A DNA stretch of 64,000 nt from Rhizophagus irregularis. Taxonomy: Eukaryota. The position numbers and the translations under genes were made by a program. The first letter of the stretch is position 1. Each line of letters starts with the position of its first letter. The stretch is from positions 5,580,001 through 5,644,000 of the forward strand of contig NC_089431.1 in assembly GCF_026210795.1 (NCBI RefSeq). Direction: 5' to 3'. The notes beneath the pieces were generated by a model. That model was not told the DNA's origin. It was given only the letters and a program-made list of their open reading frames with translations, and made no database searches. Below are positions 27,098 to 40,385 of the stretch, piece by piece.

Positions 27098-30000
27098 CTA
27101 ATTTTCATCTGTTTTAATATTTAAATAATTAAATAAATAAAAATTAATTTCACATAAATAATTTGCAAAATCACTTTTTTTATATACTAAATTACATACC
27201 TAATGACCCCAGATCTTTAATTATATAATCATTCAAATCTTCAGCTTCACTTACTAGCATTTCATTTGCTTTTACACTAGTTTGTGAATCTTTACTTTCA
27301 AGAATTTCATTCAATTTTTTACTAGTAAAACCAAGTAAGCGACTTGTATAACATGCTTGTGGATGTGATTCAGTAACAAGATTGTTATGTCCAATTGTTG
27401 CATTTACAAATTCCATAACATTGCATTTTAATTCTTCACTAATTGTATTACCATAAGGAAGGAAAATCCATTTTCCAATAATATCTAAAACTTCTTTAGA
27501 AGATGGCCTCTCTAATGGATCCTCATTCCAACATTTTTTCATCAAATCTACATAACATTGTGGAGTATTTTCAATAATTTCAGGACGTTCACCTTTACAA
27601 ATACTTAAACTAAGTTGAATATCATGTGCTCTATTATTAAATGGTGGTACCCCAGATGTAAATTCCCACATAATCATAGAAAAACTATATATATCACTAG
27701 CTGGAGTATAAGGTTTGCCTCTTAAAACTTCAGGAGCCATAAATGGTATAACACCATAAATATCATACTTTTCCACAAACGATTTTACAGGTTGACATAA
27801 TCCTAAATCACTAATATAAATTTTACTTTCATTATGATTTAAAATATTACCATCATGAAAATCACAATGAATAAGGTTTTGTTCATGTATCAAACAAAGT
27901 CCAGACATTATTTGATACAACATATATAACTTTTGATTCCAACCAACTTTGATTATTGTTGTTAAATTTTCTCTTAAATTACCTTCGTTTGAATAATCCA
28001 TTACTGCCAAATATTTCAAAGTATTTGGATCTTCTGTAAATCCATATAAGTTAATAACATTATTTGAACCTAAACAACTTAAATGATATTTCCACTGTAA
28101 AAAATAAAAATAAATATATTAGTATAAATAAATTATAATTTAAACAATTTAAATTAAATAAAATAAATAATATGTATCATACTTCAATTAAATATTCATT
28201 TATATTTTCATTCGAATAATTATGACATTTAAGAATTACTTCTTTATTTCCATTATCACTTAACCAATTAGCTTTGTATATAATACCAAATCCTCCTTTA
28301 TTAAGATTTTTAACATTTTTAAATTTATTATAAGGAATCCATTTTAGATTATTTTCAATAATAAATTCATTCATAATTGCATTTCTACATCTATAATTAA
28401 AATAATTAAGTTGTATGTTTTTTTTTAAAAAAAAAAATATTATTAACACTTACCCTAAATTTAAATAGAAATTTAATAAAATATAAAACTTAGTTTTATA
28501 TGTTAATATGTAGTAATCTATAATTTACAACTTACTGCCATCATTATGATCATTTAATAATCCTTTTGCAGACTTGGTACTATCGTTACCAACTAAATTA
28601 CCAAATAATTTTTTAAATAAAAAAGTCAGTCAATTAAATTGCAAATAAGTATCACAAATAAATATAAAAATAATTTATAACTTACAAGCTTAAACAAATT
28701 ATCAGGTAAATTTTTGAATGAAAAACTTTAGCTAAATTATACATAAATATTATACCAAAGTATAATAATAATAAAATTAAATAAGCAACTTACCCTCTAT
28801 AATATTAAATAAAATTTGATGAATAATTTGATTAGTTTATATTATATATAAATAATATCTGGTATATAATAATTATAACTTACTTCCTATATTATTAAAT
28901 AATTAAATAAAGAATTTAATTAGTCCAAATATATGTCATAAATATATAATCAAATTAAATAAATCACTTACGAACTATATAATTTTTTTAAATGAAAAAT
29001 TTAGTTTAAAATATATGTAAATATGTATACATGTCAACTACCAACTCGTCCAGCAGATGTGTACATTAAAAAAATATGCAAATATCATATGAATAAATTA
29101 AATAAAAACTTACAAACTACATTGTTAAATAATTTTAAATAAACAATTTGATTAGTTCAATATACGTTATAAATATCATATAACTAGGTATACTGGTATA
29201 GTGAAATTAAATAAATAACTTACTTCCTGTATTATTATTAATATTAAACAATTTAGTTTAATTATTGTTTAAATTATATATAATAAAAAAGAATTAAAAA
29301 AATAACTTACTTCCTATATTTTTTTAAAAAAATAATTGGTAGGTTTATAATTAATGTATTATTAAATTTATATAAGTAATAATAAAATAAATTGATAACT
29401 TACGATCTAATTAAATAAAGAATTCAGTTAGTAAATAATATGTAAATATCATATAAATAAATAAAAAACTCGTAGAATTAAATAACTTACTCCCTATATA
29501 TAATATATTATTAAATGATTTGTTTGTTTAAACAAAATATTTAGTTCAAATTATATATAAATAATAATCATAAATGTATAATGATAGATTTAAATAAATA
29601 ATTTATAACTTACGAGCTATATAAATCATTAATTTTTAAATAATGAATTTAGTTTAAATTATATTTAAATATTATATAAAATATGCATATTAGAATTAAA
29701 GTACAAGCTAAAATAAATTATTAAATAATTTTAAAATAAATAATTAGTTAGTTTGAATGTTATAAATATATAATAATAGAATTGAATAAATAACCTATAA
29801 CTTACCAACTAAAATAATTCACATTAAATAATTTAAATTATATATATAAGTATCATCATATAAAATTGTGATAAACTAAAAAAATAATTCATAACTTACA
29901 AACTAAATAAAATAAATTGTCGATTTTTTAATAAAGAATTTAGTTAGATTAAATCAAATGTAAACATTGTATAATAAAATTGAATAAATAACTTACACTC

Positions 30001-30885
30001 TATATTATTAAATAAAGAATTTAGTTATTAATATGTAAATATTGTATAAATATATAATAATGAAATTAAATAAATAACTTACCCCCTATATTATTAATAA
30101 TTTTTTAAATAAAAATTTAGTTAGTTTAAACTATATAAAAATATCATAAATAAACAATAATAGATTAAATAAATGTAACTTACAATCTAAAATAAATTAC
30201 CAAATATTTGTTAATTTATATTATATAAAATAACAAGAAACATAGATGATATATAACTTACGCCCTGTGGTATTATTAATTATTAATTATTAGATGTATA
30301 AAAATATGGTTGTACAAATTAAATATATCACTTACAATCTAATTATTTAAATAAAGAATATAATTATTTTGAATTATATGTTATGTTAAATAAAAATTTA
30401 GTTATCGAATATTAAAATTTAAAATACATTAAAAATAAAAAACTGATAACTTACTAACTATAGCATTTATTAATCATTAAATGAATTATTTAGTTATGTA
30501 AAAATTAAAAAAAAATAAGTAATACATCAAATAATTCAATAAATGTCCAAATTGTCAGGTAGCCTATCAACTTACAAGCTAAATTATTAATTATTAAAAT
30601 ATTTTTAAGTAAACAAGAATAATAATTAGTTAAATTATATATGAATAGTATAATAGAAATTAAGAAACTATTGATTTATAAATGCATTCAAATTATTTAC
30701 AAATATTGTAAATATTATTTAGTAATTAAACAAAATTTCGTCTTGTTTAGAATATTAATATTTACCTCTAAATTTCTTAGTACTACTTGAAACTAGTTTT
30801 ATTAAATTGCAAATTTGCTTAGAATTGAATCTTAAGTTGTATTAAATATTTATGCTATTTTACCTTCATCATTATTATAATCCAT
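27098..30885 (-). CDS. Tyrosine-kinase-like kinase with microexon-encoded N-terminus
   Basis: Kinase exons 28390-28183 (KWIPY, GGFG, VILK), 28094-27200 (HCDFHDGN, SDLG, APE, SDIYS) and 27108-27098. Predicted 5' exons: 30885-30864 (ATG), twenty 3-nt exons, a 57-nt exon 28592-28536 and a 1-nt exon at 28454. The kinase domain is secure; the 5' model is predicted from splice signals. Confidence 0.85.
28686..30578 (-). repeat. Tandem array of 20 intron + 3-nt microexon units
   Basis: On the + strand ACTTAC-NNN-CT (minus strand AG|NNN|GTAAGT; one donor is GTACTT) recurs every 74-142 bp. Triplets start at 28686, 28794, 28884, 28972, 29114, 29224, 29311, 29404, 29491, 29614, 29705, 29806, 29900, 29997, 30083, 30184, 30262, 30336, 30455 and 30576. 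Confidence 0.9.
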
Positions 30886-31543
30886 TATACTATGTAATTA
30901 TATCTAAAAGACAGGGTGTATAATGTTTTCTCTATTTATGCAAAATGCAGATGCCAAGTACAGGTTTCAGATGTATTATGCATCATGAGCACTTATTGTA
31001 CGACAAACAAATTTTGATAAAAATGTATACTCTTCTGCTGATCATCATGACCATTTTTCACATGACTTCATAAAACAATATACTTCTTTTCTTCGAAAAA
31101 CTGGTTCAAATACTCTTAATACTGTTTAGTAGAGGGTTCACCAATTGTCAAAATTTTTCAAACTTCATAACGGAATGTTTTAGCTTTCAATATCTTGTTG
31201 TCTTGAGTAGTTTTGCAACGGGAAACACTTAGAATAGTCCCCAAGTGGCACTGGAGACGGGGTTACTTTGAAACATTGGCCTTTGGAAGTTGGGATGCTA
31301 GCGCTTTGGAGTCAACGTGGGTTTTTGGAGGGAGGTCTGGCGGACGAAGAGGAGCGTAAGCAAGAAGGTATACTTTGGAGTAGTGTGTTGGTGGAAGGGT
31401 TAGGAGGCGGTTAGCTTTTTCTGGTGGTTGTTTTGGTTTGGTGCTTTTTACCCTTTCCTTTTTCTTTTCCTTCGTTTTGTTTTTTTTTCGTCTTCGTTTT
31501 TGGTTTGGCGCAGTCATTTTTTGTGCGCGTGCCCCTTAAGGTG

Positions 31544-32206
31544 TATGGAAAGCCGTCCTTGACAAAAGGTTGATGTCCAAACATCATGAAATATAATATT
31601 TAGACATCATGATGGTATGTCTAGACATCATGTTTGATATATGTAGGATGATGTTTATGGAAAGCCATCCTTGACAAAAGGTTGATGTCCAAACATCATG
31701 AAATATAATATTTAGACATCATGATGGTATGTCTAAACATCATGTTTGATATATGTAGGATGATGTTTGTACATTATTTAACATGATGTGAAAGACATCA
31801 ACCGACATGATGTCTAGACATCATGCTGATCAAATTACCAAATATAGTATATTTATGAGTTACACAAAATAAAATTTACTATATTTGGTAACATGATGTC
31901 TAAGACATCATGTCGGTTGATGCTTGAGCATCATGTTGAATGATGTACAAACATTATTCTATATATATCAAAAATGATGTCTAGACATCATGCTGATCAA
32001 ATTACCAAATATAGTATATTTATGAGTTACACAAAATAAAATTTACTATATTTGGTAACATGATATCTAAGACATCATGTCGGTTGATGCTTGAGCATCA
32101 TGTTAAATGATATACAAACATTATTCTACATATATAAACATGATGTCTAGACATTATCCAACATGATGTCTGGATATCAACCTTTTGTCAAGGACGGCTT
32201 TCCATA
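31544..32206. mobile_element. Non-autonomous TIR element (MITE/foldback) with internal duplications
   Basis: Perfect 31-bp inverted ends TATGGAAAGCCGTCCTTGACAAAAGGTTGAT / ATCAACCTTTTGTCAAGGACGGCTTTCCATA. The left end is duplicated at about 31656. Tandem duplication of about 165 bp (about 31808-32140). Many ACATCATG/CATGATGT motifs. Confidence 0.88.
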
Positions 32207-32835
32207 AAGTTGGGGTACAAAAGAGTGACCTATTCGTTTTAGGCAAGACTTTTCAAGCATAGGGTACCAATCAAATTCAATTCTTGCGGATATGCCGATA
32301 TGCCGATCAACATTAGGGAGGCCAATCACACCAAGTCACGTGTAAAAGAAGACCCGATCTGTGGTCGCACAGTACATTGGAAGATGTGGAAACAAGGTTG
32401 AAAGCGAGCGGTATTGGTTTGCAAGAAGCGTAATTAAAGACCGCAGATTTCGCCGATGGAAGGTTTTACCTTGGGTTCATGGGGTATGTACGGAGGGGAT
32501 TAATCTGTCCTTTTAATTAGTTAATAGTCTATATAGATCTCAAATATCCTTGGGTTTTTTAGCGATCTTGCTTTTCCCCGAATTTGTAATCTAAGTAGTT
32601 ATTAATTTAATTTTTTTTTTGTGTAATATAGTGTTAGAGTTGTATATTAGTACGGGGTACTTTATCATTCATCCATGAGTCAGTAATGGGACTACAACTT
32701 CACCGTATGGGGGTAAAGGTTTTGGTATGAGGGGGGCGCTAGACTTTGTCTTTCACCAAACTCTTGATTATTTTATAAACTTTGTATGTTCTTTATCATA
32801 TGAATAATAAAGTATTTCAGTTTACCAAAAAAAAA
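32207..32835 (+). mobile_element. Probable 3' remnant of a non-LTR retrotransposon
   Basis: GC-richer degenerate coding-like stretch, then a UTR-like region ending AATAATAAA...A-tail at about 32826-32835. Family assignment is from pattern only. Confidence 0.45.
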
Positions 32836-34929
32836 CAGCAATCATACACTAAAAAGGGATTTACTACGAAATCCCAGCGATCAGAATCCATTATAACACA
32901 AACCCGACGCTCACAATCCTGACAAATCATAATTCCAAAAATTCAAAATCTCGAAACCAGTTATCTCGACATTATTATTTTTTTTATAAACGTAATAATT
33001 AATCTTTATATTAACTGTGCTAATATGTAATAATTTTTAAAACATATCGCAAAATCAATGCTTTAAAAATTAAATGTTTTTTATTAATATTTAATAATAC
33101 GTCGTAACAATCAAGTAACAATTAAATATGTTTATTAATATGTAATTTTTTTAAAATACTTCGCAAAAATTAATGTTTTTATTTTAAAGGTCAATATCCT
33201 TATTACTAATATTAATAATACATCGCTAACAACTAATATTTTTTATTACCGTAAGTATAAAATCAATGAATCATCTATTTAAAATTCTTTTTGAAGGTCG
33301 GTCTATAGGTAAATTAAAATTATGGTATTTTATTTAATATAATAAAGCGATTTCGGGCTGCATTATGAATTTTACCTGAATTATACAATCAGTTTAGATT
33401 TAATAAATTTTTTGGCAGCTGTACACGACTACTTTTTACAGTGAATGGGACAACCTCAACACGGCTTATTTTCCTTGGCTTTTATTTCACAAGGCATTAA
33501 AAAAAAATTTTTTAAATTTATTAAGTATCTGGATTCCGGGTCAAACCCGGATATATTTTAACCGGGCATTTATCCGGATAAAACCGGAAAAAAGGAATAT
33601 GCGGAAAACTACAAAAAATCAAATTTTTTTTTTACATAGATATTTTTTCGCCAACGGGTTCTTTGGACCTACATTAGGCAGATTATATTTAGGCTGAATA
33701 AAATTAATATCGTAACAATTTGACTTCAACACGATGCGTTTATATCACTTAAGTGATAACAATGTCAAAATACGATTATTGGTTCAATTTCACATGATGA
33801 TCAAAACGCATCGACGATAAAGCTTTGCGCAAAAGAAAAAAAAAATTTTTTTAATTTACAAGCTTAAAATCATAAAACTTTAAATTAGTTAAGAGTAATA
33901 ATTGTAACTACAGTATTATCATAAATTTAAATTAGATTAGTAAGAATTAAATATTATAGAAACTATATAAGTAAATATAATAATGTCGTTTTCTGTTGTT
34001 CATTATTTATTTTTAAATAAAGTCTATAATGGGGAAATACAAGTTAATAATTAACACTTACTCAACAGCTAAAAATTGGTATTTTGAAGGTTTAACTATA
34101 AAAATTTTTAAGGGATGAATCGCCACTCAACAGGAGAAATTTAAATAATTCCGAAGGAACGTAAGATTCCGACCGTAAATTTCCAGCTAATTCAAATTTT
34201 AAATAATTATTTTTGAACCATTTTGACCAAAAAATAAGTTAAACTATAACTAAATAAAGGTTTAAAAACTAAATAAGAACCAAAATAAACTTTTTTTTTG
34301 TTTTTTTTTTATCTTTTATATTTGCATGGTTCTCATCAGTTTTATGCATATATCGAGTTTTTAAAATAATTTCCTTGGCCAAAAGAGTTACTGCATACTA
34401 TTTTTTTTTTGTTCATTAAAAAGTTTGTATAATAAAGAACACGAAATTCCAAAAAGTTTTTTTTTATTAATAACGAAGCCCGTAAAATTAATTTTTTTTT
34501 TCTTCGAATCATCCTGCTGCGATCTCCTGCACCTTTTTCCATTTAACGTTTGTCTTTTAATTGTGTTGCATATACATATTTCATGTTATTCATGTTGTAA
34601 GAGCCACAGTCGTAATTAACTTTGTTAAAGGTTTATATTTATAAAATTAAACTAACAAAGTATTTGAAATTGTGATGAGCGTAAAGAAATGAAAGGGGAT
34701 TAACCCGACTATTTTAATTAAAAAAAAAAGTTTCTCAATTTTTGATTGTATGTATATTATAATAAGTCATGTAATCAAAGTCTTGCTGTTCAATTTTTAA
34801 ATATTTGTCTCGCATAAAATAAAACCGAATATGATTCATTTGGCTTAGGTTTATACACCGAATATTATATATTAACTAATTAGCTGTGATAGGAAACGGT
34901 AGCATTTAAAGTTTGTCAACAATATTTAT

Positions 34930-35100
34930 GTCGATCATGTAAGATGGTGACAAAAAACACTAAAAAGAGAAAAATATATGTATGTAATGTAACGCAGGAT
35001 CACAAAAACCATATATTTTACTGACAAAAATAGTGCGTAAATTACACATTTTTTCTTGTGAAATTTTTTGTGTTTTTGTCATCAGCTTACATGATCAATA
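34930..35100. mobile_element. MITE-like inverted repeat
   Basis: GATCATGTAAGATGGTGACAAAAAACAC pairs with GTGTTTTTGTCATCAGCTTACATGATC. Confidence 0.6.
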
Positions 35101-35963
35101 TCAATTCCAACCATTTTGAAAACGGCAATAAATAAATCAGCAGTGTGGTTAAAGTATAAAAAAATTATACAGGGGATGAATAGACAAAATAACACCGGAC
35201 GAAATTTATTCTTATTTATTAATTATTAATTCGTATTAATGGTAACTGGTTTTATTTGTACCAGTACTATTTTAAAGGCTCATATAATTGTGTGAGTATA
35301 TTTCGTATATTTATTAATTTTGGCAAGTTAACAGTATTTAATTCATTTCATACTGTAACGCAGGCTGGATGAAATTAAGAATATCGAGAATACGTTATCT
35401 CAAAATTTTTTAATACTTTCATTTCGTATTTGTGAAAATTTGACGTAAGAAAAAATTAATAAGGTGTCTAATTTTAAAATTATGGTTTATTGATATATAG
35501 AACTAGTGGATTATTAAGCAAATATTGAGTATAACTTTAAAAAAATTCATTTTACATTTATTATAAAGTATCACTACATAAAATCTTGTCATATAAGGTT
35601 AAAAAAAACCTCAATAGCTGTTTTAAAAAAAATTATTTTATATTACTATTTTTAGTTTGATAATTATTTTTTTTTTTTTTTACGCCAACGCTTTATGTCA
35701 ACACGCCTACGTTCCTTTTTAAATCGATGATCATTTCTCGATTAAGTTTTTACAATAAAATTTAATTTTTTTTACAATGAAATTTGATAATAATGTGATT
35801 TTATTATGCTTATTATACTGTACATAAAAGTATTAAATTAAGCATTCTTTTTATTCCGGCCAGATTTTCACAATGCGGCCTGGGTTGCTTGTAAAACACT
35901 ACTACTTTGTTTATAAATAAGTTTGCGTATTCTACTTTTTTTTTAAAAAAAAAAATTCTAACA

Positions 35964-38900
35964 ATGAGTAGCAATTCGATAAAAATAGAAATTGACAATA
36001 ATAATATCAGTAGTATCAAGAAAATTGAAAGTGATGACAATAAAAGTCCACATAATGGTAAACCTATTACTAAAATAGAAATATCGCCAAATGAAGAATA
36101 CCTTGTTACATATAGCGAAGATGATCATTCAATTGTCGTTTGGAATATCAAAGATAAGGATCCACCTAAATCGGAATTGTTTGTCTCCGATAAAAGTTTA
36201 TCCCAAATAGCTATTTCCGATGATAAGAAATTTGCGCATATCAACTATGATGAATATTTGGGTAAGTCATAATAATTATCACCTTTATGAATATTTTGAT
36301 ATTTTGGTATATATCTGATGATGGTTTAATTATATTTTATTAGGAATATACGATATGAAGAATAATCATGAAATTAAATTAGATTGTGACGATAACTATA
36401 AGTATTGTTATTGTACTTTTAACTTAGAAGGTGAATTTATGTCACATGAAGTGAAAGATAACATGATTTATATTTATTCTACGCAAATTAAAAATAACAA
36501 ATGGAACTGTAATAGAATGTACAAAATACCAGAAGATTTTAACATTATTGATATTATAGAATATAATATTTATTTATTTTCAAATAATACCATATATGAA
36601 TATAATCTTATTACAGAAAAAACTGTAAGAATATTTAAAAGTAACGAGAAGATAGTATATACTTCATACGATAAGGTAATAAAAAAAAAACATTAACTGT
36701 TCAAACCTATTTGAAAAGGCTATTCTATAATTAATTATTGTTTATCATTTATTTTACAGAAAATCAGAATTTCTAGTAATGAGAAGCTTATCTGTATAAG
36801 AATCAATTATAAATTTGTTGTTTATTCAATTGAATTTGAAATTCCTTTTACTCCTTTGGATATTGATAATATCAATAATGGTAATTACAGTATTTAGAGT
36901 TAAAAATTATAAATATTATGCAATACTACCGTTATTCATATTAATTATTATTTCCTTTATTTGCATTAGATATTCAACTACGTAATTTTATGTATCGTAG
37001 TGGTTTAATCCCTTTTTTGATTCCTTTATTTAATTACGGTATCATTAAAGAACTTTATTGGAATGAATGTTTAGACCTTTTAAACAAGGAAGTACAATTA
37101 TCAGAAGAATTTCAGACCGAAAGTTTACTAGATAAAATTCGAACTAAAACCAAATATGCATTTGGAATTCAAGGCGGGCATATTTTGAAGATTGAACATA
37201 AGAAAGTTTTAGCAACAATGAATTTAAAATTCGAAATTCCTGATGAAACAGCAATTTCTCATGCAATTATTAATTGGTACCTTAATATTGATGTTAATAA
37301 TGTTAATAATGTTAATATCAACAAGAAAACGTATGAAACACACGATCTCTTAAATATTAATTTCGTTAATTTATATATGGATACTATATATGCATTATTT
37401 CAGGAAATAAATATTAAGAAAAATGTAGAGCTAGAATTGACTCAAAATTTAATTGTATGGAAAATTATCTTTGGTGACGGAATGATTAAACTGAGAGTTT
37501 ATAACAAGGATAAATATGATACATATAAACGTGATACTAAGGAGGATAAGAAGGATCCAATTCCAATTTGTGTAAAAGTTGAAAATATTGGTGCAGACCA
37601 ATATATACTTGGAACTAAGTTATTTAATGACAGTGATAAGTTATTTAATGACAGTGATATTATTGTATTAACAACAAAAGGTCTTTATATTTATAATTTT
37701 AATGAAAATAAACAATCCATTTCTTTAAGCTATTTGTATTCTATGAACATATCCATTTCAGGAAGTCTCGAAATTGACAACAAAGATGATATTGTAAAAC
37801 AATTAAAAGAAGTATTTTCAAAACCCACTTTACCCTTATCAAATTATGATAGTTTAAAAGGCTGTGATGGATGGGTTTCATATATAATAGATAATAAGGA
37901 GAGACTTTTGAAATATGGAGTTGAATTATTAACGTTTGCAATTGTAGAACATAAATTAGATTTGATAGAAGATATCTATAAAAAGTGTATGAATTATTAC
38001 AAAGATGATTTAGAAAATAATAGGATGTTTTTAAGTATTATTACTTCAACCATACCATTATTGAGTAAATGTTATCCAGATTATATTTCAAGATTTTCAT
38101 CAGAAACAACGATGATCACAGATTCTTCTTTTTACAGTATAGAATACTATAACAATAACAATTCACATCTCTATTCTACTTCTGAATATCCTCAAATAAT
38201 TAATTTAACTAAATCTATTTGGTGGTGTAAATATATCCTATTAATAAGTAAATTTGGTGATAAACATACAATAATGTACTTGATGCTAATTTCTATTAAA
38301 ATCTTAATAATTTTTCCCCTTTTACTTATATTTTACATATACTATTTTTTCATTAAAGTTAAAGAAGGTAATATATTTTTATTTATTTTTTATAATTGAA
38401 ACTTTAGTGACATTTTAATGACATTTTTTATCACATTTTCTTCAGAAATTTTTAATCATACAAAAACACCAACAATTATGTTTATGAGTCCATATATTAA
38501 ATTTATTAACTATCCACAAGAATATAATTGGATTAAAGAGTTAATTAAGTCTCAACCTAGTCCATTTGTTGAAACAATAAATCAAGATATTTATAAGACA
38601 TGGGATGGAGAGGCATTAATTGATTTTAAATGGAACAATTATGGAAAATACTATTATACATTAATTTGGATTGTATATATCGTTTTTCTTGGATGCTTTA
38701 CCGCTGCTGCAACAATTCCTCAACAGTACCTTGATGAAGATACTCAAAACCAACTTTTAATTGCTTCAATTATGCTCGGATTTATTCATCTGAGTTTTGA
38801 AATACGTCAGTTTATCTATGATCCTATTAGATGGCTCCGTAATTTTTGGAATATATTTGGTAATATGAAAGTATTTTAATTATTTAACATATTATTGGAA

Positions 38901-40139
38901 AAATTATTAATTATTATTTAATATTACAGATATAATTGCAATCTTACTCCCAATTGGTACTTCTATTTATTGGATTCAAACAAATAATAGAAATATTCAC
39001 TTAATTTCTTTTTCATGCTTATTTTTAGATATAAAGTTTTTGTTATTTTTTAGAGTATTTGAATCTTTTGGTATATATTTTGCAATTATGATTAGTGTTG
39101 GGAAACAAATTGCTTCTTTTTTAGTAGTTTTATTTATTATCATAATTAGTTTTGCACATACATTTTACATTTTGTTATCACCCAAGTCTAATTTTTCTTT
39201 TGAAAAAAATGAAAATAATGATGATCCCAATAACCCTTGGAATATAACACCTGCCTATTATCAAGTATTTGAAAATGGAACTGTTAATCAAAATCAATAT
39301 ATGATTAAACTACCCGACGGAAATACAAACATGTTTGTAGATTTTGGGACTGCTATTTTTGCAATGTATTTATTCTTAACAGGTAAATAGGAATTCTTTC
39401 TAGTATTTGTTAGTTATTTTAATAATTTAACAAAGTAAATATTTTATTATAGGAGATTCAAGTGCACTATCAAATTGGACATATAAAGGCAATCCATCAC
39501 TTGTAATACTAATTGTTATATTTTCATTATTGATTGTTGTATATCTTATGAATTTGCTTATTGGATTACTTAATAATGCAATTGAAAAAGATAATAATAA
39601 GACCTCATACTTAGTACAGAAAGCAGAGGTACAGTATATCATCATTATTACTGTATTTAGTTAAATAATTGTAAAATTACTCAAATTTTTCAATTTTTTC
39701 AAAGATTCTAGCTGAAATTGAATTACTTTATCTATTACCACATCAAAGGCGTTGGCAAAAATGGTTTCCTGATGTGATGTATGTAAATTTTATTATTTTA
39801 TGTTTTTATGAAAAATTATTTTTTTTGTTAAATTTTTATACAAATTTATTTTTAAGATACTATTATGCTGATGCTGATAAAGTTCGACAAAAAATTAAAG
39901 AAATGATTAAAGAAAGTGAATGGAATATAGACGAATTTTTAGAATTAAAGAAGAATTTATTAGACAAACTCAATATTCAACATAATCCTGTTGATGAAGC
40001 TAACTTACAAGATATATCAAAAGAAATACGTGATTTGCGTAGTAAATTACCACAGCATTCAGAAGCTACCTTACAAGATATATTAAATGAAATACGTGAT
40101 TTGCGTAGTAAATTACCACAGCAGCCAGCAGAAAGTTGA
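35964..40139 (+). CDS. TRP-like cation channel with WD40-like N-terminus (about 9 exons)
   Basis: N-terminal PHNGKPITKIEISPNEEYLVTYS. Pre-S1 EALIDFKW. TM helices. Pore region AIFAMYLFLTGD. MNLLIGLLNNAI. TRP-box-like QKAEILAEIEL. C-terminal coiled coil. Introns include 38368-38445, which removes the in-frame TGA. Confidence 0.88.
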
Positions 40140-40385
40140 ATTAGTCATAGCTATTATTGCCATTATTGCTTTTTTATCCCTTATACTATAGAAAAATTCT
40201 GAAAATATGACTTTGTAAAATCAACACAATTTGCTGCAAATTTGTCCAGAATTTTTTATTGATATTTATCACTTCATTAATGAATCTAAATGTCTGTAAT
40301 TTATATATTATATGTACTTTGGCTTGTCCTACAACTTTTATTAAGCTCAAATAGTGCGTTTACAAGGCTAATATTGACTTTTATA

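Noticed and set aside
28686..30578. CRISPR-like array or plain satellite
   Set aside because: Eukaryotic context, no cas genes, and the conserved parts are specifically spliceosomal signals around a 3-nt variable core.
38397..38399. Premature stop in the TRP-like channel
   Set aside because: It lies inside a plausible 78-nt phase-1 GT-AG intron (38368-38445) that keeps the frame.
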